DNA of 64,000 nt. Origin: the human T2T-CHM13v2.0 reference genome, Homo sapiens. The stretch's first letter is position 1, and every line of letters starts with the position of its first letter. A program made the translations under genes and the position numbers. Below the pieces are notes generated by a model, which did no database searches, had not been told where the DNA came from, and saw only the letters and a program-made list of their open reading frames with translations. Shown piece by piece: positions 26,964-42,813 of this stretch. The DNA is taken from assembly GCF_009914755.1 (NCBI RefSeq), contig NC_060929.1. One strand, 5' to 3'.

Positions 26964-27375
26964 TGATATGGTTTGGATCTGTGTCCCCACCCAAATCTCA
27001 TGTTCAATTGTAATCCCCAGTGTTGGAGGTGGGGTCTGGTGGTAGGTGACTGAATCATAGGGGTGGTTTATAATGGTTTAGTACCATCCCCCTAATGCTG
27101 TTCTCATGATAGAGTTCTCATGAGATCTGGTTGTTTAAAAGTGTGTGGCACTTCCCCCCACTTCCTCCTGCTCCCACCACGTAAGACATGCCTGCTTACC
27201 CTTTGCCTTCTGCCATGATTATAAGTTTCCCAAGGCCTCCCCAGAAGCCAAGCAGATGGCCAGAATCATGCTTCCTGTACAGCCTGCGGAAACGTGAGCC
27301 AATTAAACCTCTTTTCTTTATAAATTACCAAGTCTCGGTTATTTATTTATTGCAATGTGAGAAAAGTCTAATATA
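26964..27375 (+). mobile_element. MaLR solo LTR (MSTA/MSTB-like)
   Basis: tgatatggtttggatctgtgtccccacccaaatctcatg...gtgagccaattaaacctcttttctttataaattacc. Confidence 0.85.
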
Positions 27376-27544
27376 GCCATGCAGTAAATGTTAAGTGCTT
27401 GGATTGGGATGGTCTGAGAAAGCAACACAGGTGGTCATATCTGAGGAGAGGCCTCAAAGAATAAGAAAAACACAGATGGGCAAAGAGAGGAGGGAACATT
27501 CTAAGTAGGGGAAATAGTGTAAACAAATGTAGGGGAGAGTTAGG

Positions 27545-27932
27545 GATTAGTTTGCTAGGGTTGCCATAACAAAATACCACAAAATGGGTAGCTTAAAACA
27601 AGTTTATTTCTCAGAGTTCTGGAGGTGTGAAATCCAAGGTCAAAATGTCCACATGGTTGATTTCATTCTGAGGCCTCTCTCCCTGGTTTGTAGATGGCTG
27701 CCTTTTTGTTGTGTCCTTACATGATCTTTTATCTGTGTGCATGTATCCTGGTGTTCCTTTGTGTGTCCCAATTTTTTCTTCTTATACGGATATCAGTCAG
27801 ATTGGATTAGAGCCCCCCCCAATGACCTTATTGTAATTTATCTTATCTTTAAAATACAGTCATAGTCTGAGGTACTAGGGGTTAGGACTTCAAAATATGA
27901 ATTTTTGGGGTACAAAATTCAGCCCATAACAG
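27545..27932 (-). mobile_element. MaLR LTR (MLT1-like)
   Basis: attagtttgctagggttgccataacaaaatacc...attcagcccataaca. Confidence 0.75.
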
Positions 27933-28259
27933 AAATGAAAAGGGAGTTTAAGGTCAAAGGTTAGAGAGCATTGGGAGGTAAAGTTGAAAGGTTATGTTAG
28001 GGCCAGATAGTTAGGTAATCTTGAATACTGGGCCTAGATTTTACTTTTGCAGCAGCAGGGAAGCAACATAGATCTTTAAGAAGAATAATTTGGCAGCAGT
28101 GTGTCACAGGTGTATAATAAGGGAAAGAGTGGGAGTATGAAAAATGGGTTAGGATTGCTGCTGCATATAGTCCAGACAGGCACTGATAAGAACTGAACTC
28201 AGGAGAGGAAGTTGAAGGGATTGAATGAAAGAGAAACTGAGAAGGAAAAGACAAGATGT

Positions 28260-28936
<677 letters not shown>

Positions 28937-30440
28937 GAACCACGAAGCCATAGCAATGTATGTTTAGAATCTTCCAACAGCCAAGCCAGTGGAAGCTGTG
29001 CCATAATAATTCAGCTTGTAAAAAAAAGAAGTATTATCATTTAGAGTTGTGAGGCCTGGAACATAGGGGTTCCGGCTTTCTAACACTGAGGACTACCTGT
29101 TTGAAAAGGAATAGGCTTCCTTTTTGGGTATGGAGTATTCCAGAGATGTTCAAAAAATCAGTTTTATAAAAAGGATAAAAATACCACGTATGAGATTGAT
29201 TAGATATTTTTCATCTATGGTTTAGGGTCAGAAGCCTAAGCTTTCATTTAGAATCCAGAGTAGGTAAAACATGTAGCTAACATCCTAAATTGCCCAGTCT
29301 TCTCACAGAGATAATCTAGGGTAAGGTAGTTCTCTCCAACTCTGGTTGGAGTAGACCCTTTTGTTGTTTAGTTTGGGCAATGCTCAGCATGCCTGAAGGG
29401 CAATGGATGTTATTTCAGTCACCAGTTGGTATATAAAATAGAGTAAAAGGGCTTGGGAAATTAAGAATTTAATCACCAAAATGAAAACTTAGAATTGCAA
29501 GATCTTTTGTATTAAAAACTTAGCATATATGACTTTCATAGATTGTAATCACTAGACAAAATGCCTGTTTTAAAAATTATTATCTTAAATTTTTTTTAAT
29601 TACAAAAGACATGTGTGCCTAATTTCTTCTTAAAGTCGAAAGTAAACTATAAAAGTACCCTTTCATCCTCCTCAGTCTAGCTTCCTTAGGGATAGGCACT
29701 ATAAACATTTGTATCTGTAGCATTCTAGAACTTTTACTGAACATACCCCCACCTCCACCCCACACGCATAGAAACACACATTTTTGGAGCTATTTATTAA
29801 AAAGTATATATTATATATTTATATATAGTATGCATATATAATATACCTTATCTACATATATACCAGTATATGTGTATATATTATGCATGCAAAGGTATAT
29901 AATTTTTCTTTAATAAGCCAGTACTTGCATTAAACATTGTCCAAAAATTTACATTTTATTTATATATATAATTTAATTAGTACATATATTCTCAAATGGC
30001 TCATATTTTAATTATCTTAAATAATAAAGCAAAATACAGAATAAAGTCTCATACAGATTATTTAAGAATTAGAAAAACAGGCACTCCAAGGAAATTATAG
30101 TGAAACAATATAATTTTCTGTTGGTTCTCAAATATAACAATATGTAGGGTTATTCTATCCTGAACATTTGCATTGGACTCTTGAAGGAAGAAAAATAAAA
30201 TGATTTAATATGTCCTTACACTTTTATTAATAGACAAATATTTCCAGGTACATGTAGTCAAAAGTAGGTCTTTTTCCTTGGTTCTCCAGCCCCGTAATTT
30301 ATTTCTCCAGAGGCCACTGTTAAGCAGTTTCTTATATATTCTAAAGATGTATCTTAATGTTCTATACGTTTAAAATAAGAAAATATTCAAAAAGCAACAC
30401 CATATCACCACCCACCAAAATCACTGGACTTGCATGAGAG

Positions 30441-32567
30441 CAGGCACACCTCATTTTATTGCACTTTGCAGATATTATCTTTTTTTTTTTTTTTTTTTTT
30501 ACAAATTGAAGGTTTGTGGCAACCCTGCATTGAGCAAGTCTATCAGCACCAGTTTTTCCAACAGCACGTGCTCACTTCGTGTCTGTGTCACATGTGGGTA
30601 ATTCTCAAAATATTTCTAACTTTTTTGTTATTATTATATCTGATATGATAATCTGTGAGCAATGATCTTCGATGTTATTATTATAGTTGTTTTGTTCCGA
30701 CAATATTGAAGTTAGGCCAGTTAGTAACCCTATAATGGCCTAAGTATTCAAGTGAAAGAAAGAGTTGCACACCTCTCACTTTAAATCAAAAGCTAGAAAT
30801 GATTAAGCTTAGTGAAGAAGGCATATTGAAAGCTGGGATATGCCTAAAGCTAGGTCTCTTGCATCAAACTGTTAGGTAAGTTGTGAATGCAAAGGAAGAG
30901 TTCTTGAAGGAAATTAAAAGTGTTACTTCAGTGAACACACAAATGATAAGAAAGCAAAGCAGCCTTATTGCTGAGATAAAGTTTGAGTTGTCTGGATAGA
31001 AGATCAAACTGGCCACAACATTCCTTTAAGCCAAAACCTAATCCAGAGCAAGGCCCTAACTCCAATTCATGAAGGCTGAGAGAGGTGAGGAAGCTGCAGA
31101 AGAAAAGTTTGAAGCTGGCAGAGGCTGGTTCATGAAATTTAAAGAAAGAAGCTGTCTCTACAATACAAATGCAAGGTGAAGCAGCACGTGCTGATGTAGA
31201 TGTTGCAGTAAATCATCGAGAAGACCTGGCTAGATTATTGATGAAGGTGGCTGTACTAAACAGATTTTCATTATAGATTAATCAGCCTTCTGTTGGAAGA
31301 AGATGCCATGTAGGACTGTTAGAGCTAAAGAGAAGAAGTCAATGCCTGGTTTCAAAGCTTCAAAAGACAGGTTGACTCTTGTTAGGGACTAATGCAACTG
31401 GTGACTTTATGTTGAAACCAATTCTCATGTACCATTCTGAAAATCTAGAGCCCTGTGCAAAATCTACTCTGCCTGTACCCTAGAATTGGAACAATAAAGC
31501 TTAGATGACAGCACATTTGTTTGTTTACAGCATGATTTACTGAATATTTAAAGCCCACTGTTGAGATGTACAGCTCAGAATAAAAGATTTCTTTCAAAAT
31601 ATTACTGGAGTACTTTTGACTTTCAAGTCTTATTATTTAAGAAATATATTTTGTAAGGCTACAGCTGCCATAGATAGTGATTCCTTTGATCTGGGCAAAA
31701 TAAATTGAAAACCTTCTGGAAAGAATTCACCATTCTAGATGCCATTAAGAACATCTGTGATTCATGGGAGATCAAAATATCAACCTTAACAGGAGTTTGG
31801 AAGAAGTTGATTCCAATCCTCATGGATGACTTTGAGGGGTTTAAGACTTTAGTACAGGAAGCAACTGCAAATGTGGTGGAAATAGCAAGACAACTAGAAT
31901 TAGAAGTGGAGCCTGAAGATGTGACTGAATTGTTGAAATCTCATGATCAAACTTGAATGGAAAAGGAGTTGCTTCTTACGAATGAGCAAAGAAAGTGGTT
32001 TCTTGAGACAAAATCTACTCCTGGTGTGGTGATGTGAACACTGCTAAAATGACAACAAAGGATTTAGAATATTCTATAAACTTAGATGATAAAGCAGCAG
32101 CAGGGTGTAAGAGGATTGACTCCGATTTTCAAAGAAGTTTTACTGTGGGTAAAATGCTATTGAAAAGCAATGCATGCTACACATAAATCTTTCATGAGAG
32201 AAAGAGACTATTGATGTGGCAAATTTCATTGTTGTCTTATTTTAAGAAATTGCCACAGCTACCTCAACCTTCAGCAACCACCACCATGATTGGGCAGCAG
32301 CCATCAACATCAAGGCAAGACCCTCTACCACCAAAAAGATTACAACCTGCGGAAGGCTCAGATGCTCATATTTTTTAGTAATATTCTTAAATTAAGGTAC
32401 ATACATTGATTAAGATATGCCTTTACACACTTAATAGACTACAGTATAGTGTAAACATAACTTTTATAGAAACTGGGGGAAAAAAAATCACGTGACTCCC
32501 TTTAGTTGACATTCGCTTTACTGCAGTAGTCTGGAAGTAAACCTGCAGTATCTCTGAGGTATGCCTG
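30441..32567 (+). mobile_element. Tigger1 (pogo-family DNA transposon), near full length, decayed
   Basis: Terminal inverted repeats caggcacacctc...gaggtatgcctg; transposase remnants (LNQKLEMIKLSEEG near 30780; [20 protein letters not shown] at 31705-31956) with stops and frameshifts. Confidence 0.92.
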
Positions 32568-33154
32568 TTATGTTTATTGCAATTTTGACTTCTATACTCA
32601 AAAGAAATAGAAGGGATAAATAAGGCCATGGAGCCAAAAGCTTATTTGGGAACCTGGGGTAATGAAGGACAAGGAAAGAGTAACTTGGCTATCAAAGGAT
32701 TAAGAGAGACCCTTGAGAAAACTGAAAAATCTCTTAAATATATCTCTTTTTTTTAAAAAAAGTCTTCGTGATAATGTAGCAAAAGTCAAAGGTGAAGGAT
32801 GTTCTATTTTAAATGATCAGACTCCAAATCAACACTTGATTCATTCTTTGTTCCAAGACTTACCACAGCTACAATCCTATCTACACTAAATTTTATGAAA
32901 CTTAAACCTCCTTCATAATTTTACATTTTGATTTTGAGAAAAACTTCAAAGGAAATGTGAAAGGTATTAGGACTTTAAGTTCTTAAGGGATTTGTTTAAC
33001 CTGGGCCTTTTTAGGACCAATTATCCATGGATTACACTTACTTGTATCCTCATTTCCTTAGGGATCAATTGTTTTTTATACAAAGGTAGAGGTGTTGATT
33101 GAAAAGTTAGTTTTAAGTTTATATTAGTAAAAAGAAAGCCAGAGAGCCAATCAA

Positions 33155-33376
33155 TATGGTCTAGTTCAAATGTGCCTTTATTTCAATGGCAAAAAAGCAT
33201 TAATCTTATATAATTGTTGAACAGTTACATACATCTTAAGAACAGTAAACATACATCCTAAATAGCAACTCATAAAGTGTATGTTAAAATAGGCCCACCA
33301 GATTATACAAGATGAAATATAAATGTTTGTTGGTAATTTGAACAAATATCCAATAAAATATTAAGAAACCAAGGTT
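33155..33376 (-). terminator. ANKRD31: ANKRD31 3'UTR with AATAAA polyA signal (33177-33182) and U-rich downstream element
   Basis: tttatt on + strand about 195 nt after the stop; minus strand then reads ...ggctttctttttac (U-rich DSE); cleavage site approximate. Confidence 0.8.
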
Positions 33377-33522
33377 TTAGGGTGTTAGTTCCTCACATTC
33401 CACACAAAACTTCCAATGCTGATCCATTATGTGGCATGGGAGAAATTCTTGATCACTGATTAATAGTATTTCATTTATTTGTAGATAACGTGGGCTGCTT
33501 TGCATTGACTCTCTGGAAGTTC
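33377..33522 (-). CDS. ANKRD31: ANKRD31 terminal coding segment: (G)TSRESMQSSPRYLQINEILLISDQEFLPCHIMDQHWKFCVECEELTP*, the REC114 PH-domain-binding tail
   Basis: Acceptor ttctttaaacag|GA, phase 1, TAA at 33379-33377. The YLQIxEILLISxQExLPCHxMxQHWKF motif matches the recalled ANKRD31 C-terminal REC114-interacting peptide. Confidence 0.93.
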
Positions 33523-34383
33523 CTGTTTAAAGAAGTATCAACAAATTAAAAACTGCCCTCTGAAATTTAAGATGTAAATTTTGCTATTACAAATCCTAGA
33601 ATCCAATCAAGTCTATTTGAGAGCACACATAACAGGTTTTCTGATCAGGACCTTTTCCCTCAACCTATTTTCTGTACTCAAGACAAAGCTATGAACCAGC
33701 ATTGGTTGATCTTGGGAAAGAGGGGCCTGTTTGAAGTCTAAAACATCAGCAGAAAAAGGATGGTGGAAGCTTCTGAAGGTAGTGGTACAAGCTCCTCTCT
33801 GCCTCAATTTCCAATAAACGGAGAATAAAACAGTTGTATTAACTGAGATTTTGCATGTGAAATTCTTAGCATACCGCCGGGCATATAGCAAACAATAAAT
33901 ACTAGACGCTATTATTATTTAGTACTAAAAAGAGTATTAGGCTGCATGATTTCTAGTCCTGCCTCTGCCACAAACTTGGTGTGTGATCTCAAGCAAGTCA
34001 TATGGCTTTTCCAGACTTCCATCTCTGAGATGTGAGAGGAGTGATGATAAAGAGGGTTCCTTTTGGCTCTGCCAGTCTATGGGGCTAATGGTCCTAAAAC
34101 TGGTTTCTTCAAGCTCCCTGACAGTCTGAGAGATTTTTTTTTTTCTTCTCTGAGATTGGCTATATGAGCTGTACATCATTCAGCAAGTTGAATCTTATTC
34201 CACAGATAGCAACAATATGAGTGTCACCTCTGTATGGCCAACCCTTTCTTCATGCTTGGCCCACATGCTTCTGGTAGAGTTGTTTTCAACCTCCTGATTT
34301 GCTTAGATCTACACCAATGAGTGAACAGGTATAGATTCAGGGGTCAGAACATATCCCATTCAGAGAGAAGTGACATGTAATGA

Positions 34384-34725
<342 letters not shown>

Positions 34726-35583
34726 TAGACTTGAACCTGGAAGCATGTAGCCCTGGGATGATGAGAAGAAAGGCTATTAGGATGGCGCCAAAATGAGGAA
34801 ATGGAGCTGAGAAATGGAAAGCAAGAGAAACTGGTGCTCTGTCATGCTCTTTGAACCCTGAATGAAACCTGAAGATCTGTTCCTGGTCTTTCATGTAAAT
34901 GAGTCAATAAAATTCCTTTTTGAGGGGTTGAGGCCGGTCTGATGTGGGTTTTAAATCATCACTTATAATCCAAAGAATTTAAACTTTTTTACACATGGTC
35001 CATATGTAAACATAGTAACTCCTTTATTAGGAGCTTTGTTTTATAGACTTCCGGAAACAAGGTATCTCATAAAAGTTAAGGAATATTTTTTTCTTAGGAA
35101 AAACCCATAGAAATAAATCTTTACATATTAATTTAAATTCTTTTCATCAAAATTAGCCTAGTTTCATCATTTAAACACTATTATTTAACACTGGTCTTTT
35201 CCTCTATAAGATACTATCCCCCACTTTAGTTATGATTTGAAAAACTTAATGCATCTACCATAATTTGTTTATAATTCATAATTTATTCCTCACTTTTCAC
35301 TATTCAGGCATGTGCCAATACTTCTATAGGATTGATACTCAGAAGCAGAATTACTGAGTTGAGGGGTCTGTAAACATTTTACATTTTAAGAGGTTCTGCC
35401 AGAGTGCCCTCCCAAGTGCATCCTTTTATACTACCACCAACAGTATTATGAGACTATGTGTGACAGTACCTGTTCTTTTCTTCCACATCTTTGCCAATAC
35501 TGAATATTATCAGTCTTTTTAAGTTTTGCCATTCTGATGGTAGAAAAATTTGTCTACTATTTTCACGGGCATCTTCCTGATTA

Positions 35584-35826
<243 letters not shown>

Positions 35827-36349
35827 TCAGAGCATGGAGCTAATTAGGTCAGGAATTTAATATCTGTATGTATCAAAATTCTGTTCCAAAACTGTATTCC
35901 TTAGTTCACTTGTCACCTTCAGTGGAGCGTAAATGTTTCCTTAAATCTAGTGTTCCAAGTAAAACACAGTTAAAAGCTCATGTTTTGGTAACAGCTCTGA
36001 AGTATCTATACACTTAAATATTTAATTCAGCCACTGCTTTAGAGAATCACTGCTTATAGTTCTTATTCTATGAAGACTAAAATGAAGTTTTGAGGTAACT
36101 CATTTTTGTAACTTTTCAAAATATTAAATATTTTAATAATATTTAATATTTTAATAATATTTAATATTTAATAATATTTAATATTTAAAAACATATATCA
36201 TTATTTAGCAACACATTGAAATGACTGCTGGAAGTAGCTGCAATACTTCTTATTACCACTTTCCACAATGTTATATGAAACTGCCAGCAAAATCAACAAG
36301 ATCATAATGCCTAATTCAAGCACAGTTTAACTGACATCTGAGAAAAGCT

Positions 36350-36668
<319 letters not shown>

Positions 36669-38000
36669 TAATAAAGCATAGCAGAAATGATTAGGGATAG
36701 GGCAGGAATCTTTTGACACCATGGCACTGGCAGTTCCTAGACGTGGTGCCAAAGGTGCAGAGCAGGGAGGCCTCTAGCTAAGAGGGTACACACAAAGCCC
36801 CATCACTTTACACTTGTGCTCTCTTATAGTCTTTACTCCTTCATAGCCAGCATGACTCCAACCACATTATCCTGTTGTGAATCCACTGTGTGAATTTTCA
36901 ATGTAAAGTTTCCTACAATGTGCCAGATTACCCAATACAATTTACTTTGTCTAAATTGACATTAACTATTATTTTATAGCTTCCTAAAAAGGACTTTTGG
37001 CAGAGGCTATTAGTTACCTCTATTTTTGCCTTTTTGTTTTTCTCCTCATTAACAATCATAGGCAATGTGTCACACAGAAAAACTATATTTTTCAGACTTC
37101 TTTGCAGCTAGGTGTGGCATATGACTAAACTCTGGCTAAAGAGATATAAATCAAAGTGTTGTGTTTGACTTCAGGGGAGGCTCCTTAAGGGGACAGACAG
37201 CTAGGAAGCCCTTTTTTTTTTGCCTCCCTACTTTCCTTATTCCTAATGCCTAGAATGCAGATGTGATGGCTAGAGATTCATAGCTATTTTGGACCATGAG
37301 TTTACTTCAAGATGTAAACCAGTACAAAGGAAGATGGAGTAGAAAGACTTGGTGACTCTGTGTTGCTGCTGTGCCTCATCTGGAATGCTACGGATCCAGA
37401 CTTCTAATGAACGACTAAATCTTTGTGTGTTGAAACCACTGCTATTTGGGGTTTTCTGTTGCATGCAGCCAAACCTAATCTTACATAATACAGAACTTTT
37501 GAACTCTAAGAAGTAGATGGGATATTTCTGCAAAGACCACTAAGTCTACCTTGGGGCTTTCTCTTTGGAGGCACAGAGAGATCACGAATATTTAAGCACG
37601 TAGAGGATCATGATATGAAAAAATACAAGCTCCACAAAATATGCCAATTTTGGTATCATTTTTACTACAATAACGATATTACAAAACTTCCAATACATGA
37701 GGGCAGATGAATAGATGGCTGAAAAGATGAATACACACAGAAATATCCATACGTTAAGGTATTGGTATTAGGATGTTGGAGTGTAAGACCTGATATATAA
37801 ATGCAGCCATCTTTATAACTACGATAATTCCTATTGTTCCACAGTGATTGTTTTAGGAACTTTTCATCTCATTTGATCCTCTTGAGATGATGCAGCCACA
37901 TGTTAACTTGGGAAAAGTTGGGAAAAATCAGAGCAAGGTGGACTTGTGGGCATAAACCCTAGCATTTCTCTCCAAAAGGGAAGTCTTGCTACAAAAGTTA

Positions 38001-38171
<171 letters not shown>

Positions 38172-40929
38172 TCACAGGCCTAAATAAAAGTGCTTGTTTT
38201 AAAGGGAGGACCAGACACACTTCAAATAAGGTGAGCTTCATCTTATTTTAAATAAGAAATCATCACTATGTTGTTTACACAGAGAAGATCACCATCCAAA
38301 GTACAGAATAGTAGGCAGTGGCTCCAGAGGCAGCAACATGCCCATCTTCTCAATTAATACACTGAAAATAAAGTGGCTTGAGCTTGGGAGGCTTGAGATG
38401 ATATAACAAAATTGTTTGGAAAACAGTGCTTTCTTATGGACATTTGTTAGCTTAGTAATTTCTGGAAGTGGAGTTTTCAATTTAAAAATGCTAATGTTAA
38501 ACCTTTTTTTCCTTTTGCCTTACCATTCCCATCACTGATCTTTGTCAAATGAGAAAATACCACATAATGTGAAAGCTTTCTGTAAAACTGTAAAGTGTTA
38601 GTCAATAATACTTTGTATTCTAAACTAGCTTTGCTTGGAGATAAACCTGGTCTCTCTCTCCCTTAAAAACTGCAATGAATTAACAGAATAGGGCCATTTT
38701 AGGCCCACCTCCTCTTTTTAAAAAATTTTTTTTAAAGCAGGGCTGACTTTATTACTAAAGTCAATAGGGTATCATGGTTTTGATTTATATCTTTCTCAAC
38801 AGGTTAGCCATGAATGGCTAGTACAGCCATAAGACTTATATAGTTTATATTCCAGCTTGTTTTAGTATTCTACAGGCATGGCAGTCAAAATCCCATCCCC
38901 AACTCCACTCAAGTTCACTGTCAGCATACATATACTTCTCAATTTCCTATAATCATAGGACTTTAGGAAATTACAAGTGGCTGGCTCCTCAGTAGCAGAA
39001 GGCGGCACTTCCAGGGTAAACCCATGGAAATGAAGCTCTGAGAACATGCATGTCAGATCACAAAGCATAGTGTTAAGGCCACCAATAGTTTCTTACAGAA
39101 CAGTTTCCTTTCCATAGTGATAAGAATGGAAGAAAAAGAAAGATCATCCTTACAACACACTTGTTCTCATCATCTTAATCTTTTCTGCTCCTTCTCCTCT
39201 ACTGCACTAGGTCTCCCTAAACTCCTTCCACCATAGCATTCCCTACCCATTTCATTCCAGCCAGTGCTGTCCCATACTATGTACTTTAGCAGGAACCTGC
39301 ACTTTTGGCTAACCACTACTGCCAACTTCAAATTTTCTTTGTTGAGATCCACAAGAAAATACCCTATATATGTGAGTGGAAAACCAACAAAACAAAAAAC
39401 ACACACATAGAGAAATCTGAGCCGACTAGGATAATCCCCAACTGAGCCAAATAGGCTAATCCCCATTTAAGTAAATGTAAGAATACAGTACCTGGTTGAC
39501 AAAATAATCTGTACACCAAACATCTGGGTTATTAGTTTACATATGTAACAAACATGCACATGTACCCCTGAACCTAAAATAAAAGATTTTTTTTTAAAGT
39601 AAAGGTAAAGATACAGCAAACTGATTTCAAATTTTTGTTCTGTTTGAATTTTTAATAACATTTCCAGGTTATTTTATTATATAAGAGCATTAAAATTATT
39701 TGAATCATTTCAGGAAAATAACATTCAGCAAAGTTAGAGCTAAAGAACCTCCCTAGCTTCTTCCTTTTTAAAACTTGAACAAACCTTTGCTCCATGTCTA
39801 TATATTTCTACACAAAAGCACAAATACCAGTATGTAATAATATTTTTAAAAATTGTTTGCTTTTTCTTTTCTTAAAAATCACAACATATATGCAGTTTAT
39901 TACACCTACCTTAAATAAGTAAAATGTATTATGAGTTCTATTATCAGTCTTCTGAGAAATAAATAATAACCTGTAACTACTGCAGCCAAAGACACAGTTC
40001 TAGAATGGAGATGTTCTTCTGTAAGCCCCAGTCTGTGCTCACTCCTCAGTTTATCCTGGGATGTTTCCTTCTGGTTTCAAGGATTCTATTACTGAGATTT
40101 TAGGGTTTCACTTTTGTACATGCTCCAGGTATGGCCTATGGGTATGGTTTTCCCCACCCTCTCCTTGTTCCACCTCTCCTTCCTGCCCAGGTAACCAATG
40201 ATAACAATCCAGAGTTTATCTTATCCTTCTAAAATTTATTTATCTGCTTTTATAATATTGCACAATTGCCTAGCACTTTTTGATACTTTAATACAAAGCA
40301 TGCGAGACAAGAAAGGGAAATAACCTAAGAAGTTAGGAAACTGAGACTTAAATTTTATCTTCTTGATTTAATAATTCAATTATAATACTCAATATACTCA
40401 CTGTTACTTATTAGGAACTTAATAGGTTGTATAAAATACAGGAAGTTTAAATATAAAAGAAAAGTGAGCAAAATTTCACCACCAATCCAACCATACCCTT
40501 ACTTTAGCCCTTAAAACTACTCCCACCAAGCTTTGGGCCAGTGAAGAGAGATGGGAACAGATAAAGACACCTAAAAAGACTGAAAGCTTTCCAACACTAG
40601 TTTTGCTTCCACTTTAGCTCTGACAGTAATGTTGAGGGGAGGAGGGTGACAGAGGAAATGAAGTATCAAGATTTAGATGTTGCATGTAAAATGTTCAATA
40701 TCATTTATAGGATGTTTTACTCTGGATCCATTAGTAATTATTACTGTCCCATGGAAAGATATTTCACCAAACAGGCCCAAGAGTAGTTGATACACGAGGT
40801 TCACTTTTAAGTCTAAAATTTTTGAACTCAGTCTTCCCGGACTTGTTCTTACATATTAAGCACTCTATATCTCATTAGGGTTATGGAATGAAACATTGCT
40901 TACTCTGAATATATATATATATTTATTCT

Positions 40930-41732
40930 AATGAGATATTTTTACTCATGACACTTTGACACCAAATGTGCGGACTTTTTTCCTCACACTAACCGCTGGT
41001 CCAACCAATCAACTGTCCTACAATTCAATTTAATTCTGACACTAATTAACTGTAGTTAACCTCAGATTCCACAGGTTTAAGGGTTCAGTCTCACACAACT
41101 GCCCTCACTTCAGACACCAGTTGCAGATATCAGTTACTGGGTTGCCCACAATTCTATCTAACTTGTCTACAAATTAGAGGGTTTCCATAGTGCCTCTACC
41201 CCACCCCAAGTTTCAATAATTGGATAGAATGACTCACAGAACTCAGGAAAGCACTTTACTTCCGGTTACTGGTTTATTATAGAAGATACAACTCAGGAAC
41301 AGCCAAATGGAAGAGATGCATAGGACAAGGAGCATCCATGCGATCTCTGGGCATGCCACTCTCCCAGCACCCTGATGTGTTCACCAACCCAGAAGTTCTC
41401 TGAGCCCCGTCATTTAGTGGTTTTTAATGGAGGTTTCATTAAGTAGGCATGATTGATTAAATCATTGGTAACTGGTGATTAACTAAATCTTTAGCCCCTC
41501 TCTCCTCCTGAGAGGTTGAAGTGTGGAGCTGAAAGTTCCAAGCTTCTAATCAAGGCTTGGTCTTTCTGATGACCAGCCCTCATCCTGATGCTATCTAGGG
41601 GACAGCCAAGAGTCGTCTCATTAGAACAAAAGATGCCTATATCACTCTTATCACTTGGAAAATTCCAAGAGTTTTAGAAGCACTGTGGCAGGAATTAGCG
41701 ACAAAGACCACATATCTTTCTATCATATCACA
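40930..41732. mobile_element. MER21-family LTR
   Basis: tgacaccaaatgtg...aattctgacacta...cacaggtttaagggttcagtc...gatacaactcaggaacagccaaatggaagagatgcatagg. Confidence 0.75.
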
Positions 41733-41936
41733 ATTCTGGATCAGAAATATAATTCTAATCAAAAACAAAATGATTAACAATTATCTCAATAGGTAGTAAA
41801 AATACATATGCTCTAGTTATATTGGGAAAATATTCTATTATTGTTATTTTAATATAAAGTTCAATGCCTTTTTTAAAAATAAAAGGATCCTAAAAGCTAA
41901 ATATGGTGATGGAGTATTACATAATTTGCTATTTAA

Positions 41937-42229
<293 letters not shown>

Positions 42230-42501
42230 AAATTAATAATGTGATATAGATTTACATTAATAAGATTAAAAGCCACCTGAAAAACTACTAAAATCAAGAA
42301 ATAAACCTGAAGTATAATTATTTAGAAGTTTAAAACTATTTAAGCCCTCACTCTTTGGGGGGGGAATTAAAATCTTATAGGTGGTTTATTAACCTGAATT
42401 GGGTCTGAGGTACTTGATTTTTATATATAAAGTGTTCAGGTTTTTTTGTGTATTTGGTTGTACAAAAACGAACCCTGAAATTCTACTAAAAAGAAGTTCT
42501 T

Positions 42502-42813
42502 GGCCGGGCGCGGTGGCTCATGCCTGTAATCCCAGCACTTTGGGAGGCCGAGGTGGGCAGATCATGAGGTCAGGAGATCGAGACCATCCTGGCTAACACA
42601 GTGAAACCCCGTCTCTACTAAAAATACGAAAAATTAGCTGGGCGTGGTGGCAGGTGCCTGTAGTCCCAGCTACTCGGGAGGCTGAGGCAGGAGAGTGGCA
42701 TGAACCCGGGAGGCGGGAGGCGGAGGTTGCAGTGAGCCGAGATAGCGCCACTGCACTCTGGCCTGGGCGAAAGAGCGAGACTCCGTCTCAAAAAAAAAAA
42801 AAAAAAAAAAAAA
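42502..42813 (+). mobile_element. AluY
   Basis: gagatcgagaccatcctggctaaca diagnostic; long A tail; TSD agaagttctt. Confidence 0.92.

Noticed and set aside
29790-29990. TA-rich stretch
   Set aside because: Degenerate low-complexity (TA)n with no regular structure
31705-31956. Transposase-like ORF as a domesticated TIGD-type gene
   Set aside because: Surrounding Tigger1 frame has stops, frameshifts and a catalytic-core deletion
38293-38362. Acceptor tttattttcag with a possible donor gtgatc
   Set aside because: Immediate stop in the ANKRD31 phase and a poor donor
39971-40070. Open minus-strand frame KETSQDKLRSEHRLGLTEEHLHSRTVSLAAVVT as an ANKRD31 exon
   Set aside because: Weak acceptor and donor (gttatt); the phase-1 reading required by this intron hits TAA
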